A stretch of DNA of 64,000 nucleotides from a virus (Duplodnaviria; Heunggongvirae; Uroviricota; Caudoviricetes), in the IMG/VR virus record IMGVR_UViG_3300037261_000110, one strand, 5' to 3'. The position numbers and the translations under genes are program-made. Positions 8,883-18,270 of the stretch are shown piece by piece. Numbering within the stretch: position 1 is the first letter of the stretch; every line of letters starts with the position of its first letter. The notes under the pieces were generated by a model. That model had not been told where the DNA came from and ran no database searches. It worked only from the letters and a program-made list of their open reading frames with translations.

Positions 8883-9209
8883 TTGTATCCAGGCTCGCTG
8901 GTCTTCGTTTGTGTGCTCCTGATGCCACTCACAACGAACGACCCTGAGCCGCTGCACCCACGGGCTTCGGACCTCACCACGCGCGCAGATTGGGAGGAGC
9001 GCGCGACACAGGCGACGCCCAAGGCTGAGCTTGAGCGTCAGATCATGAGTTGGAACGTCCCGAAGAACGAACGCGAGTGGTGGGCGTTGCACGAAATCGA
9101 GCGCTTGCGTGAGATAGTTCGTCTTAAACGCCCGCATCCTGTTTACGGCTTGGCGATACTCATGGTCGTGATCGCCGCGCTTATCCTCTTTCGATTCTGG
9201 CAGGGCTAA
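8883..9209 (+). CDS. Hypothetical protein with a C-terminal TM anchor
   Basis: C-terminal LAILMVVIAALILFRFW. Confidence 0.4.
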   Translation: MYPGSLVFVCVLLMPLTTNDPEPLHPRASDLTTRADWEERATQATPKAELERQIMSWNVPKNEREWWALHEIERLREIVRLKRPHPVYGLAILMVVIAALILFRFWQG

Positions 9210-9210
9210 A

Positions 9211-9441
9211 ATGATTTTCGCCGATTACCCAACAGTTTCACATTCGCTCGAACGTACGTCGCCGAAGGGTCCAGGGATGCTCTTCATCGGCACCTGTCGG
9301 TTGTGTGGAAAAACAGGGTTGACTTTCGAAGATATGAAGCGCGAGATATGCCCGAACCCGCGCGGCGTCACCGCAGACGAAAACCTGCTCAACGCCGTGA
9401 AGGGTTTCGGCGAACCCGACGTGTCAAACAAACGGAGTTAG
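9211..9441 (+). CDS. Hypothetical Cys-containing protein
   Basis: 76-aa ORF with an ATGA-type junction. Confidence 0.4.
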   Translation: MIFADYPTVSHSLERTSPKGPGMLFIGTCRLCGKTGLTFEDMKREICPNPRGVTADENLLNAVKGFGEPDVSNKRS

Positions 9442-9709
9442 AACCCGAATGGACGCTGAACTAAAGAAAAAGGTTGAGACCTTGTTGAGGAAGGCTGCGG
9501 ATGCTACCAATGCCGCAGAAGCCATGAGCTATTCGCAGGCAGCGTGCAACTCGGCAAACGCCTTGCGCGTGCTGGCAGAGATAGAAACTCGTTACGACAA
9601 CAAAGTAGAGGGCTAACCCGCCCCCCAGCGCCCCAGCCCAAGCTACGATGTTGTCGGACGCTCCGCTGCCGGCCTCGGCAGCGGAGCACTCTTTTCCGGG
9701 AGGAATTCA

Positions 9710-9856
9710 ATGGTTAATTATATTGAAACATCGTGCTTTCAGTTTCCCTGGTGGGTTTATTTGATTTGGATCGGCTGCGCTTTCGCCGGTGCTCTGTTAT
9801 TTTCATGCGTGCTTCAGCCGGCGTATAAGTGGTACAAAACGTCGCGGGCACAATGA
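9710..9856 (+). CDS. Small membrane protein (48 aa)
   Basis: RBS GGGAGGAA; TM helix WWVYLIWIGCAFAGALLF. Confidence 0.4.
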   Translation: MVNYIETSCFQFPWWVYLIWIGCAFAGALLFSCVLQPAYKWYKTSRAQ

Positions 9857-9886
9857 TACCCCCCTAAAATTGGGGGGAGGAATAAA

Positions 9887-10030
9887 ATGATTCGTTTATT
9901 GCGTTGGTATAGCTACAAGCGGCTCGATCGTATATGCTCCCGCCGGCTGGTCGCCATGGGATGTTTCCAGGCTGATTGGCGGGCTTACAATGCCATCATA
10001 GAAAAGGTGGGCTTTCCACATGACGACTGA
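9887..10030 (+). CDS. Small protein, MxRLLRW family copy 1 (47 aa)
   Basis: RBS GGGGGGAGG; paralogous to 10251..10400 (MIRLLRWYSYKRLDR...LVAMG vs MVRLLRWRSYKRFDR...LIAMG). Confidence 0.5.
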   Translation: MIRLLRWYSYKRLDRICSRRLVAMGCFQADWRAYNAIIEKVGFPHDD

Positions 10031-10232
10031 TGACAAAAAAGACACGCAGATCAGTGAACTGCGTAGCGAGGTAGCTGATTTGCAGAAATCGCGCGGGTTG
10101 AGAAATTTCGCCCTTGCAAAACTTCTCTCGCGCTGCCATCAACAACTCTTACTAAGATCACGGGTGTTTTGGAACGTGCTCGGGCTTGCCGGTGCCGTTG
10201 CCATCGGCATCGCATGGGCGGTTTATCACTGA
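10020..10232 (+). CDS. Small protein with an N-terminal coiled coil and a C-terminal TM anchor
   Basis: 70-aa ORF; VLGLAGAVAIGIAWAVY. Confidence 0.45.
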   Translation: MTTDDKKDTQISELRSEVADLQKSRGLRNFALAKLLSRCHQQLLLRSRVFWNVLGLAGAVAIGIAWAVYH

Positions 10233-10250
10233 ACTCCGGGGGAGAATGTT

Positions 10251-10400
10251 ATGGTTCGTTTGTTACGCTGGCGCAGCTATAAGCGGTTCGATCGCATGTT
10301 TGCCAGCCGGCTCATAGCCATGGGCTATCTGTTGGCGGAATGGAAATGTTTCGAGGAGATTGGAAAAGTCTTCACAAATCGGCATAATCATCGCCCGTAA
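10251..10400 (+). CDS. Small protein, MxRLLRW family copy 2 (49 aa)
   Basis: RBS GGGGGAGAA; paralogous to 9887..10030. Confidence 0.5.
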   Translation: MVRLLRWRSYKRFDRMFASRLIAMGYLLAEWKCFEEIGKVFTNRHNHRP

Positions 10401-10679
10401 GCTCTACGGCGGTGATCTCGGACGGTTTGCAGAAGTTCTCGCGAGCTGCCTCGCCTACGCTGTCATAGCCCTGCTGGTCTGTCCACTTGATCACAGCTTG
10501 GAGCACGTCAGGCGCGGTCACGACGTGCTGCGGAGCTTCGCCGCAGTAGATTTGATATCGACGCATAGGTTGCTCCGGGGAAACCGCAGGCTCGGCTATC
10601 TCGGAAAAGGAGTCGAACCGAGTGGGCGCCCGCAGAGCATCCCTAAAACCGAACCTGCAACGAACGACATAGCCTGTAA

Positions 10680-11075
10680 CTAGCTCCTTGTCAAGGCCCG
10701 AAATAGTTCTCTCATGGAGTCTTCGGTAAAATCCGGACGGCGGCGTGCTTCGTTGCGCTCGCGAAGGACGCGCCGCATGAGTATGTTGACGTGATTGCTG
10801 AGATTGGTGGCTATCTTGGGAATTGCTGTGTCCTTAACCGTATGATCAGGAGGGATAGCCAGGGCGGCGATGCCGGCGGCGACCACATTGAGGGCATTGG
10901 CGATGTCGACGCGAGTGGAACCGCGCTCGTGTTCGTCGTGGACCCAACTCTCCGCTGTCTCGACGATGCCGGTGGCGAGTAAGCGTCCGAGAGCGCGTTT
11001 GCTAGCGTGTTCGTGAAGCAATAAGTCGTCGATCATCGCTTGGTCGACAAAGCCGGGGGTATGCGCGTCGGTCAT
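10680..11075 (-). CDS. Hypothetical protein in a minus-strand islet
   Basis: 131-aa ORF with a strong RBS (GAGGAGGAAAC ATG). Confidence 0.5.
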   Translation of the reverse strand: MTDAHTPGFVDQAMIDDLLLHEHASKRALGRLLATGIVETAESWVHDEHERGSTRVDIANALNVVAAGIAALAIPPDHTVKDTAIPKIATNLSNHVNILMRRVLRERNEARRRPDFTEDSMRELFRALTRS

Positions 11076-11280
11076 GTTTCCTCCTCTCGTCTTGCATCGC
11101 GTGTAGGATCGCGACCTGTGCCTGGGGTGCTTCTGACTCCGACCATGCTAGCGCTTGTCGGAGGATTGCCAAAGCCTTTTCTGGATCGTTTTCTTCGAGC
11201 ACATCAGTGAGCGCTCGGCGAGTCCAACTGCCTTCGGATACGTCCGCCATGATTTTCTGGATAGCTGCCCGCGTGTTCAT
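11002..11280 (-). CDS. Hypothetical protein; overlaps the downstream minus-strand gene by 74 nt
   Basis: 92-aa ORF. Confidence 0.4.
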   Translation of the reverse strand: MNTRAAIQKIMADVSEGSWTRRALTDVLEENDPEKALAILRQALAWSESEAPQAQVAILHAMQDERRKHDRRAYPRLCRPSDDRRLIASRTR

Positions 11281-11396
11281 ATATTGGCTTGTAGCATATT
11301 ATCCCTCGCGAGATTGGAATGACTTGGTTTATGGTAAATGCCGAGTTGGGACGAATTGTCTTAATTCCGACACAGTTTTGCTGCATAGGTTAAAGG

Positions 11397-12242
11397 ATGA
11401 AACGCCGATTTTACGAAGAGAAGTGGCTACCGCTAAGCATTGCTAGCGAAGGACGTGTGAAAGCCTTGAATAAATTGGCGACGGAAGGTTGGCACGTTGT
11501 CAATTTCGTCCCGCACGAAAATGGCTTTCTCTATCTTTCTCTGCAAAGAGAATCCAACATGACCTCGCTCGCTGATACCCTTCAGGCTGTTTACCGTCAG
11601 CGTGACCATGGCATCAAGCCGCGTGTCCATGGTAACGGCTTCATTCAGCTCGATATGGCGCGTGACGTTCGCCTTCATGTGTGGGGTGATCCGCGCATTC
11701 CACGCCAGAAAACCTTCTGTCAAATTCACGACCACATCTTTTCGTTTGACTCCGAGCTGATCGTCGGACAGCTGATCAATATCTGGTACGACACGGAGTT
11801 GGTTATAGGCGGTCACGGCGCCTACAAAATTTACGAGCCGTTCCCGCGCGGCGGACAGGATACTGGTTTGAAAGACACGGGACATACGGTTGATATTTTT
11901 CAAAAGCCACCGGTTCTTTTAAGGACCATGCATCCTTTTGCTGACCACTACCATATGAAATGGGGTGAGTTTCACGAAACGATTGCGAGCGGTCCTGCTG
12001 CGACCATCATGCACAAGAATGGTCCGTCACAGCTCGAAACATATACCAGCCTCGGAATCGATCTGAACAACATAAACCCTGATGGCAGTGACTATCACCT
12101 GATGGATGCGCTCGACACCCGCAAGCCGCGTGTGCTTGTCCCTGTCGGGCAAGAGCCGGATAACGAGTTCCGCCGTGACATGTTCGACGACAGGTTATTG
12201 TGGACAATCATTTTTGATACGTTGTGGGAGTACAGTCGATGA
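11397..12242 (+). CDS. Hypothetical protein with His-rich motifs (HVWGDP, IHDHIFSFDS, HPFADHYH); possible metal-binding enzyme
   Basis: 281-aa ORF. Confidence 0.5.
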   Translation: MKRRFYEEKWLPLSIASEGRVKALNKLATEGWHVVNFVPHENGFLYLSLQRESNMTSLADTLQAVYRQRDHGIKPRVHGNGFIQLDMARDVRLHVWGDPRIPRQKTFCQIHDHIFSFDSELIVGQLINIWYDTELVIGGHGAYKIYEPFPRGGQDTGLKDTGHTVDIFQKPPVLLRTMHPFADHYHMKWGEFHETIASGPAATIMHKNGPSQLETYTSLGIDLNNINPDGSDYHLMDALDTRKPRVLVPVGQEPDNEFRRDMFDDRLLWTIIFDTLWEYSR

Positions 12243-12550
12243 TTCGCGAACGCAAGGTTGAAGCAACCGCTGGACCGGAAGGGCATCCTGCCGGATACCG
12301 TGTTACCGCCAACGACGAGAACGGCAAAAGGTCTGTGGCATTCTTTGCCCATACCCGCGCCGACGAATATCGCCATGCCGAGTTTATTTACTCGCATCGG
12401 TCGAGCCGCAACGGCAAGCCGTACCGTTCCAAGGCTCAAAAAGAGCTTGCGCGCGAGAAAGCCAAGCGCGTCGATGGGACATGGGTGACTGCTACCGGAA
12501 GGTCGTTTCACGACAGCACGCCGGCAAAGCCAGCGGTGGCAGCGGCGTGA
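12239..12550 (+). CDS. Hypothetical basic protein
   Basis: ATGA overlap with the upstream stop. Confidence 0.4.
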   Translation: MIRERKVEATAGPEGHPAGYRVTANDENGKRSVAFFAHTRADEYRHAEFIYSHRSSRNGKPYRSKAQKELAREKAKRVDGTWVTATGRSFHDSTPAKPAVAAA

Positions 12551-12992
12551 ATATCTGTCGCGACTGTCTGTACTACGGCGAAGGGTATCCAGGCTCGCCG
12601 GAGTGTTTCCATCCTGTCGCAACAACCAGCGTCGCGGCTTATATCGATCCGGTCACGGGAGAGCCGCACCAAGCGTCTAAATGGCAGTCGAGCTGTTACC
12701 TGATGCGTTTGCATTCTCACCAGTGTGGTCCAGCCGGACTGCTTTTTGCGCCGGCTAGGCATGCGTAGAGGGTTCGAACGATCTAGTAGACCCTGGCGCC
12801 TTCGTGGATCGTTTGATGATCGATCTCGTACATTCCTAGCCGACGAATCGGTGTAGCATGTGGAGAGGACTAAACGCAAGCGGCTTCGGCCGCTTTTTGT
12901 TAACTATTTGCGAATTTGGCTCTTGCATTTGCCTCCACGATCATGCATCTATTGGTGCAGAAAGAGTTACGAACATCGCGAAAGGAGTTCAG

Positions 12993-13250
12993 ATGCAAGC
13001 GTTCACCGAAGTCGATTGGACTCTGTGCGCGAAGTCCATTCTCAAGTCCAAAATGAAGCGGCGAGGCTTCACGTACATCGATCTAGCCGAGCGGCTTACT
13101 TCTCTCGGTGGCAAGAAGGAGACTGACGCCAATCTGCGGAATAAGGTTAGTCGCGGAACATTTACGGCGGCGTTTTTCCTTCAGTGCCTTGTCGCGATGA
13201 ACGTCAGAACGCTTCTGATCGACGAAGACATGGAGGTTGAACGTGACTGA
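12993..13250 (+). CDS. HTH DNA-binding protein
   Basis: Perfect RBS AAAGGAG; the HTH guess rests on RRGFTYIDLAERLTSLGGKKETDANLRNKVSRGT. Confidence 0.5.
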   Translation: MQAFTEVDWTLCAKSILKSKMKRRGFTYIDLAERLTSLGGKKETDANLRNKVSRGTFTAAFFLQCLVAMNVRTLLIDEDMEVERD

Positions 13251-13455
13251 GACTCCATACCAGCGTATCGGACGTGAGCAGCGTGAGCGGCAAGTCGCAC
13301 GTGCGGCTAAAATAGAAACCGAGCACAAGGCGAAGATTCGCGACGCTCGTAAGGCGGCGCGGATCGAGCGCGAGGCGCGCAAGGAGCGTGCCTATCACGA
13401 CGCCCTGGTGTCGGATTTCAACATGGACCCTGGCGATGACAATGACGGAGGATAG
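13237..13455 (+). CDS. Hypothetical charged protein
   Basis: 72-aa ORF. Confidence 0.4.
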   Translation: MNVTETPYQRIGREQRERQVARAAKIETEHKAKIRDARKAARIEREARKERAYHDALVSDFNMDPGDDNDGG

Positions 13456-13459
13456 AATA

Positions 13460-13681
13460 ATGGTGCGCGGAACCAGAACCCTTCGTGATGCCGTCGCGGT
13501 CACAGACGAGCCTGTTTTTGCGTTCGGCGTCACAATGGGTAAAATCGACAAGGCGCTGACGATGGGCGAGATGGGTAAAGCCGAAACTAGCGAATATCGC
13601 TCCATCGAAAACGAGCTGCGATTTCGTAAGGCGCAAGTTGCCGCCGCGTTGAGAGCGTTTCAGGATTATAAGGCGCCATGA
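13460..13681 (+). CDS. Hypothetical protein
   Basis: ATG directly after the upstream stop. Confidence 0.4.
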   Translation: MVRGTRTLRDAVAVTDEPVFAFGVTMGKIDKALTMGEMGKAETSEYRSIENELRFRKAQVAAALRAFQDYKAP

Positions 13682-13899
13682 CCGCCTGGACCCGCACTGG
13701 TACGCCCTACTTCGTCAGCCTGAAGACGGCGATCGACTACCATCGCACTTATGGGGCTACCATTGCCGCCGTCAAGCGCAAGATTGAGGCTGGCGAAATT
13801 CACATCGGCAAACCGCCGCTCAAACCCGGCGACCGGCTGGTGACGATCGACAAAGACACGCGGTACGCAATCGAGACACCGGAAGGGAGGAAGGCGTGA
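13678..13899 (+). CDS. Hypothetical protein
   Basis: Start/stop overlap with neighbours. Confidence 0.45.
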   Translation: MTAWTRTGTPYFVSLKTAIDYHRTYGATIAAVKRKIEAGEIHIGKPPLKPGDRLVTIDKDTRYAIETPEGRKA

Positions 13900-14198
13900 T
13901 CACTATTAAGCGGCGCGGCGCTCGAATCAATCTCGCTCAAGCCGAGCGCTCAAGCTACGCTGTTTATAACAGGGGTGACGGACTGATCTGTGGATTCACC
14001 GTCAACGGTGACAAAGGCGTCTACGACGTGCGGATTACGCAAATTGAGTTGGTGGAGTTATTGCAGTCGTGGGAGCGTTCGATGAACCACGATTTCAACG
14101 ACACCATCGGCGTCAAGCTGCCGGCAGAGGATGATGAAACCGACACTGGTGGGTGGCAACCATTTGCTCACGACGCAACGGAAAGGGAAAAGAAGTGA
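13896..14198 (+). CDS. Hypothetical protein
   Basis: Start/stop overlap with neighbours. Confidence 0.45.
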   Translation: MITIKRRGARINLAQAERSSYAVYNRGDGLICGFTVNGDKGVYDVRITQIELVELLQSWERSMNHDFNDTIGVKLPAEDDETDTGGWQPFAHDATEREKK

Positions 14199-14402
14199 CA
14201 ACCGTGAAAAAGAGGCCCACCAAGCAGCCTAGCCGGGGTATAATACCCATACACTCGATTCAAGCCCGGTCGCTGAACATACGCGAGAAAAGCGCGCTGG
14301 CATCTTCGAGGAGCTTTGAAAACACGCACAAGGGCGTGACGCTGCCACACCTGAAGTTCATGGACGACAAACCGTCTCCGCCGCCAAAAAAGAGGAGCCA
14401 TC

Positions 14403-14585
14403 ATGCCCGAACGTCCGGTTAGGTATCTCGACAAGAAGTTCTTCGTGCGCGGCGGGTTTGAGGTTGAGCGCAATGGCAACCTTTTACTGATACGCGACGC
14501 AGAGACCGGCGAGGAACATTGGGCAGCGCCACATGAGGTTAGTCGCGCACCGGAAAGGAAAAACGATGAAAAAAATTCAGGATAG
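14403..14585 (+). CDS. Hypothetical protein
   Basis: 60-aa ORF. Confidence 0.35.
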   Translation: MPERPVRYLDKKFFVRGGFEVERNGNLLLIRDAETGEEHWAAPHEVSRAPERKNDEKNSG

Positions 14586-14781
14586 CAAACACTACGCGGC
14601 TATCGTGCTTGCCGCCACTGGATTGATACCACTATCGGTCAGGCACGAGTATCGTCGCCCGCCCGGTGAGTGTTCCTACTGTGACAGCCATCGCACCGAT
14701 TCCATGATGCCGCCGCACACGGCGAGCAGCCAGTGCGAGAGTGGCAAGCGCGAACACTGTACGTGCGACGTGTGTTTTTGA
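14566..14781 (+). CDS. Hypothetical protein with an N-terminal TM helix and a Cys-rich C-terminus
   Basis: RBS GGAAAGGAAAAACG ATG. Confidence 0.45.
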   Translation: MKKIQDSKHYAAIVLAATGLIPLSVRHEYRRPPGECSYCDSHRTDSMMPPHTASSQCESGKREHCTCDVCF

Positions 14782-14782
14782 C

Positions 14783-15058
14783 ATGGATGCGCTCGACACT
14801 GCCGCCGAGAAATCCCTTCACCGGGTTCTCAACGATCTTATCGTTGACGCTTATCGTACACGGCCAAAGACTGTCGCAGCAGAATTAGCGGAGATCGTCG
14901 GCACGATTCTGGTGGACGACTGGTCCATGCTGTTTAACGCGGTTCGGTCGTATCGGCAGGCAATGGGCGATCCTTGCAGCGACGATACTCTTGACGTATA
15001 TGCTCACGTCCGCGTCACGGAGTTGATCGCGAGCGATTATTTCGAGGGGTATGAGTGA
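14783..15058 (+). CDS. Hypothetical protein
   Basis: ATG directly after the upstream stop. Confidence 0.45.
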   Translation: MDALDTAAEKSLHRVLNDLIVDAYRTRPKTVAAELAEIVGTILVDDWSMLFNAVRSYRQAMGDPCSDDTLDVYAHVRVTELIASDYFEGYE

Positions 15059-15291
15059 TGGGCGTTCACAAAAACATAACCGCGACCACTTTTCCCAAGC
15101 AGGGTAAGTGGGTGGGGAAAAGGGTTAGGGTACAGTTCCATTACGGACCTGATGAATTGATCGGGAAGTTTATTCGGGTAGATATGGAATCCCCGTACGC
15201 GACGATCATTCAGCTGGACGACGGTCGAGTCGTTCTCGGAGAAGAGTGTCAGTATTCTGGTCCATTGGAGGAGAAAAATGACGAAACTTGA
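15055..15291 (+). CDS. Hypothetical protein
   Basis: Start/stop overlap. Confidence 0.45.
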   Translation: MMGVHKNITATTFPKQGKWVGKRVRVQFHYGPDELIGKFIRVDMESPYATIIQLDDGRVVLGEECQYSGPLEEKNDET

Positions 15292-15514
15292 TCACGGCAT
15301 ATCTGTTTCGATATCCGAAATCCACGCGGCTATCGCCAACATCTCGGAAAAGTCTGACGAGCAGGTTGGCACGATCCAGGAGCTGTCGAGCGCCCTGGTT
15401 AATGCAATGTCGCTCGTCAACGCCTTCACACGCGGTACCGACGACGTTGCCAACGCTGTGAGAGCCTGCGCTGAGAAGGCGCAGCAACGGGCTGCGAAGA
15501 TAATTGGCTTTTAA
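15278..15514 (+). CDS. Hypothetical protein
   Basis: Start/stop overlap. Confidence 0.45.
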   Translation: MTKLDHGISVSISEIHAAIANISEKSDEQVGTIQELSSALVNAMSLVNAFTRGTDDVANAVRACAEKAQQRAAKIIGF

Positions 15515-15601
15515 CCATCTTCGGCGTCAGTGCTTGCTTTATTACGCACGATTGATAAGGTCTATTTGAAACGAAAGGAGCTTAACAAAAGGAGGTTAAC
15601 A

Positions 15602-16216
15602 ATGACACGGAACAAGACACGGAACATTGGTACGCTCAATCGGAAAGACCTGCGGGGAATTCCGGAAGAGGCGCTGGACAACTACGTCAACTTTCACGAA
15701 AAGCATCCACTTCTTTCCCGGTACGAGGAAGAGATCGGCAAGGTTTTGGATTCGTGGGGCGGACCAGCGATTGCGCTTTCCTCGATGGCGATCGTCGACG
15801 CCGTGCGCGCCGGCATGATGCCGGTTGAGGCTGCGCTGAGGATGCGAGTCCTCTACCTGGAAAAGGCTCTCGTGGACTATGTGCGCGACGTGGCGACACA
15901 TCCGGACGGTCCCAAGGTTTACGGACTTGCGGCGCTGCGCGCGGCGCTAAAGCTCCCACTTCAGGAAGCTATGGACATGTACGCACGCTTCGAGAAAGGT
16001 GTGCCACGTGCCCAAGAGCCTCAGTCGTCACCTGTTGATCCTAACGTGATCTGGCGCGAGGAGATGAAGGCGTGGACTCGTGGATTTGCGGAGCTTGAGA
16101 AGCGCGTCGACAAGCTCGAAGCGCTGGCAATGCCAGCGCCAGCACCAGCACCAAAGCCGCTGCCGAGGCCGCGTCGAACAATCGATCGGACAGGAACCAA
16201 GAGGACAGTGAAATGA
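15602..16216 (+). CDS. Hypothetical protein with a C-terminal coiled coil and a Pro/Ala-rich tail
   Basis: RBS AAAGGAGGTTAACA ATG. Confidence 0.55.
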   Translation: MTRNKTRNIGTLNRKDLRGIPEEALDNYVNFHEKHPLLSRYEEEIGKVLDSWGGPAIALSSMAIVDAVRAGMMPVEAALRMRVLYLEKALVDYVRDVATHPDGPKVYGLAALRAALKLPLQEAMDMYARFEKGVPRAQEPQSSPVDPNVIWREEMKAWTRGFAELEKRVDKLEALAMPAPAPAPKPLPRPRRTIDRTGTKRTVK

Positions 16217-16530
16217 ACCGGACTATCGTACTCGCAATGCTTGCTTTTACAGCGCTAAGTAGCGCTGCAAGCGCGGATTGGGTGATCCCACAGAAGGGAG
16301 CACCGGACGTGCTGGTCATCGGGACACCCGATGATTTGAAGGCCGGCAACTTTACCAACGGCTGTGCCGATCCCGGCGCCGCAGTTCCGTGCATCGTCCC
16401 GCACGGCGAGAAGCTGTACAAGTGCAGCACGCCGGAGTGTCGCACGCAGGACCGGCTTGATGCGGAGTCGCGGTCATACCGGGACTTCTTGGATCATTCG
16501 AGCAGCGTACTCGACAGGCTTGCCCGGTAA
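16213..16530 (+). CDS. Secreted small protein (Sec signal peptide; four Cys in the mature part)
   Basis: MNRTIVLAMLAFTALSSAASA followed by an ASA-type cleavage site. Confidence 0.5.
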   Translation: MNRTIVLAMLAFTALSSAASADWVIPQKGAPDVLVIGTPDDLKAGNFTNGCADPGAAVPCIVPHGEKLYKCSTPECRTQDRLDAESRSYRDFLDHSSSVLDRLAR

Positions 16531-16745
16531 TGGCAAAGCCGCTTGTGAAGTCCAAGCTTCACACCCCGTTCGAAGCCGAGCGCGCGATGCGCAAGGCCGA
16601 TCGCAAGACCGGGTACAAGATTGTCGTGGAGTATGCCTCCACGACAAACAAGTTTGTTGCGCATGCTTTATCCGACCGGGAAGTCAACGTCGGTATCGGG
16701 CTCACGATTAAGGATGCTGTCGACGAGCTAGTGTCGAAGCTATAA
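16530..16745 (+). CDS. Hypothetical protein
   Basis: ATG overlaps the upstream stop. Confidence 0.45.
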   Translation: MAKPLVKSKLHTPFEAERAMRKADRKTGYKIVVEYASTTNKFVAHALSDREVNVGIGLTIKDAVDELVSKL

Positions 16746-16750
16746 AATAC

Positions 16751-16975
16751 GTGTCATACTGGATTGAGCTTCACTGCGACGTGCTGGCGGACGGAACGCC
16801 GGATGGTATGCAGGCGTGCCAGACGAATCACGGCGACAGTCCAGGAGTAATGGTCGAAAAAGTCTCTGACATTCCAGGGGCGGTTTTAGCACTGCGACAG
16901 GGAGCGCTAAAACACGGCTGGATCGCCTTGAACAAGGTGAAGTTTGCCTGTCCATACTGCAAAGGAGTCAACTGA
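16751..16975 (+). CDS. Hypothetical protein with a C-terminal CPYC motif
   Basis: 74-aa ORF. Confidence 0.45.
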   Translation: MSYWIELHCDVLADGTPDGMQACQTNHGDSPGVMVEKVSDIPGAVLALRQGALKHGWIALNKVKFACPYCKGVN

Positions 16976-16976
16976 T

Positions 16977-17219
16977 ATGCAATTTCTCACTAAGGAAGAC
17001 CGTGAGGCATTCTCCCGACAGCTGGCAGCGATGCCTGTAAGAGATAGTATGGTCGCGCTAGCGATCCTGCATCTGGCGGAAAGCAATCACGAGATCGCCG
17101 ATGCCATCGACGGCTTGACCGGTGCGGTTCGAGATGGCGAGATCGGCGATAATATTGCCGGCGCCATATCCGAGCTTGCTACTGCGGTCACGTCGATCGC
17201 TGGTCAGCCGACTGCATGA
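16977..17219 (+). CDS. Hypothetical protein
   Basis: RBS AAAGGAG. Confidence 0.45.
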   Translation: MQFLTKEDREAFSRQLAAMPVRDSMVALAILHLAESNHEIADAIDGLTGAVRDGEIGDNIAGAISELATAVTSIAGQPTA

Positions 17220-17232
17220 AAGGAGTTTAGTC

Positions 17233-17973
17233 ATGACAATGAGTAAGAAACCGTTGATGGATGCGCAGGAGATCATATACGACGCATGGGAAGAATCCAA
17301 TCCTCGCGTCCGTGTTGCTCTTGCCAACAAGGCACTTGCAATTTCGCCGCTCTGTGCGGATGCCTATAACCTACTTGCCGAAGCGGCAAAAACGTTGGAA
17401 GAAAAACAGGAGCTGTACCACAAGGGAGTTAAGGCAGGAGAAAAGGCACTCGGGTCCGCAGGGTTCAAAAGGTGCGCCGGGGTTTTTTGGTACGCCATTG
17501 AAACCCGACCCTACATGCGCGCTCGCTTCGGTCTTGCGCTGATGCTTGAAGAGCTTGGTGATTTGAAGGCCGCGATAGATCACTATCAAGCTATGCTGAA
17601 GCTCAATCCTAGCGACAACCAGGGCGTTCGCTACTCTCTTTCCGAATGCCTGATGAAAAACGGCGACACGACGGCGTTGAAGAAACTCCTCAAAGACTAT
17701 CGTGAAGAAACCGCGTTCTGGCTTTATACCATTGCGCTCGTTGGCTTTCGGGAGAAAAAGAATGTCATAGGATTCGCAAAGCGAGCCTACTATAGCAACA
17801 AGCATATTCTTGCTGCCTTAATGGGCACTAAGCGAGTCAAGAAATCGAGACATGGAACCTACAGTCACGGCGGCATAGACGAAGCAGCGATATATCTCGA
17901 AGGTTGGACCTCTCATTGGATCAACACACCCGGTGCGGTCGACTGGCTCATGAAGACTGTCACTGTTGCATGA
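17233..17973 (+). CDS. TPR-like repeat protein
   Basis: RBS AAAGGAG; helical repeats with the LNPSDNQG motif. Confidence 0.55.
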   Translation: MTMSKKPLMDAQEIIYDAWEESNPRVRVALANKALAISPLCADAYNLLAEAAKTLEEKQELYHKGVKAGEKALGSAGFKRCAGVFWYAIETRPYMRARFGLALMLEELGDLKAAIDHYQAMLKLNPSDNQGVRYSLSECLMKNGDTTALKKLLKDYREETAFWLYTIALVGFREKKNVIGFAKRAYYSNKHILAALMGTKRVKKSRHGTYSHGGIDEAAIYLEGWTSHWINTPGAVDWLMKTVTVA

Positions 17974-18269
17974 AAGGCCGGGACTGGCTCATTGCCCGTG
18001 GCGTTCCTGTCGTTGAAGGCGATCCCTTCAACGACAGCGACGTGTCCGAGCCGACGTGGGTGCCGACGCAATACGCCTGCGGCTATACCCTGGACCTGTA
18101 CTGCGATCGGCAGACCAAGGAGTACATGCACAATTCCGATTTTCCGCACTCCTTCTTCGGTGAGACCTTTGCCGACTGTGCCCGGCAGGCTCGGGCGAGG
18201 GGTTGGGTAATTCATCGGAAAACGCGGACAGCGACCTGTCCGCGCTGCACAATAAGAAAGGGTAAGTAA
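17970..18269 (+). CDS. Cys-rich small protein
   Basis: ATGA overlap with the upstream stop; C-terminal CPRCTIRKGK. Confidence 0.45.
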   Translation: MKGRDWLIARGVPVVEGDPFNDSDVSEPTWVPTQYACGYTLDLYCDRQTKEYMHNSDFPHSFFGETFADCARQARARGWVIHRKTRTATCPRCTIRKGK

Positions 18270-18270
18270 G

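Noticed and set aside
12770-12815. tRNA-like GGGTTCGAAC (T-loop-like) motif in the intergenic region after 12768
   Set aside because: There is no complementary T-stem in the right register, no acceptor stem and no CCA context. A weak AGGGT/ACCCT pairing has a 17-nt loop. This is not a tRNA.
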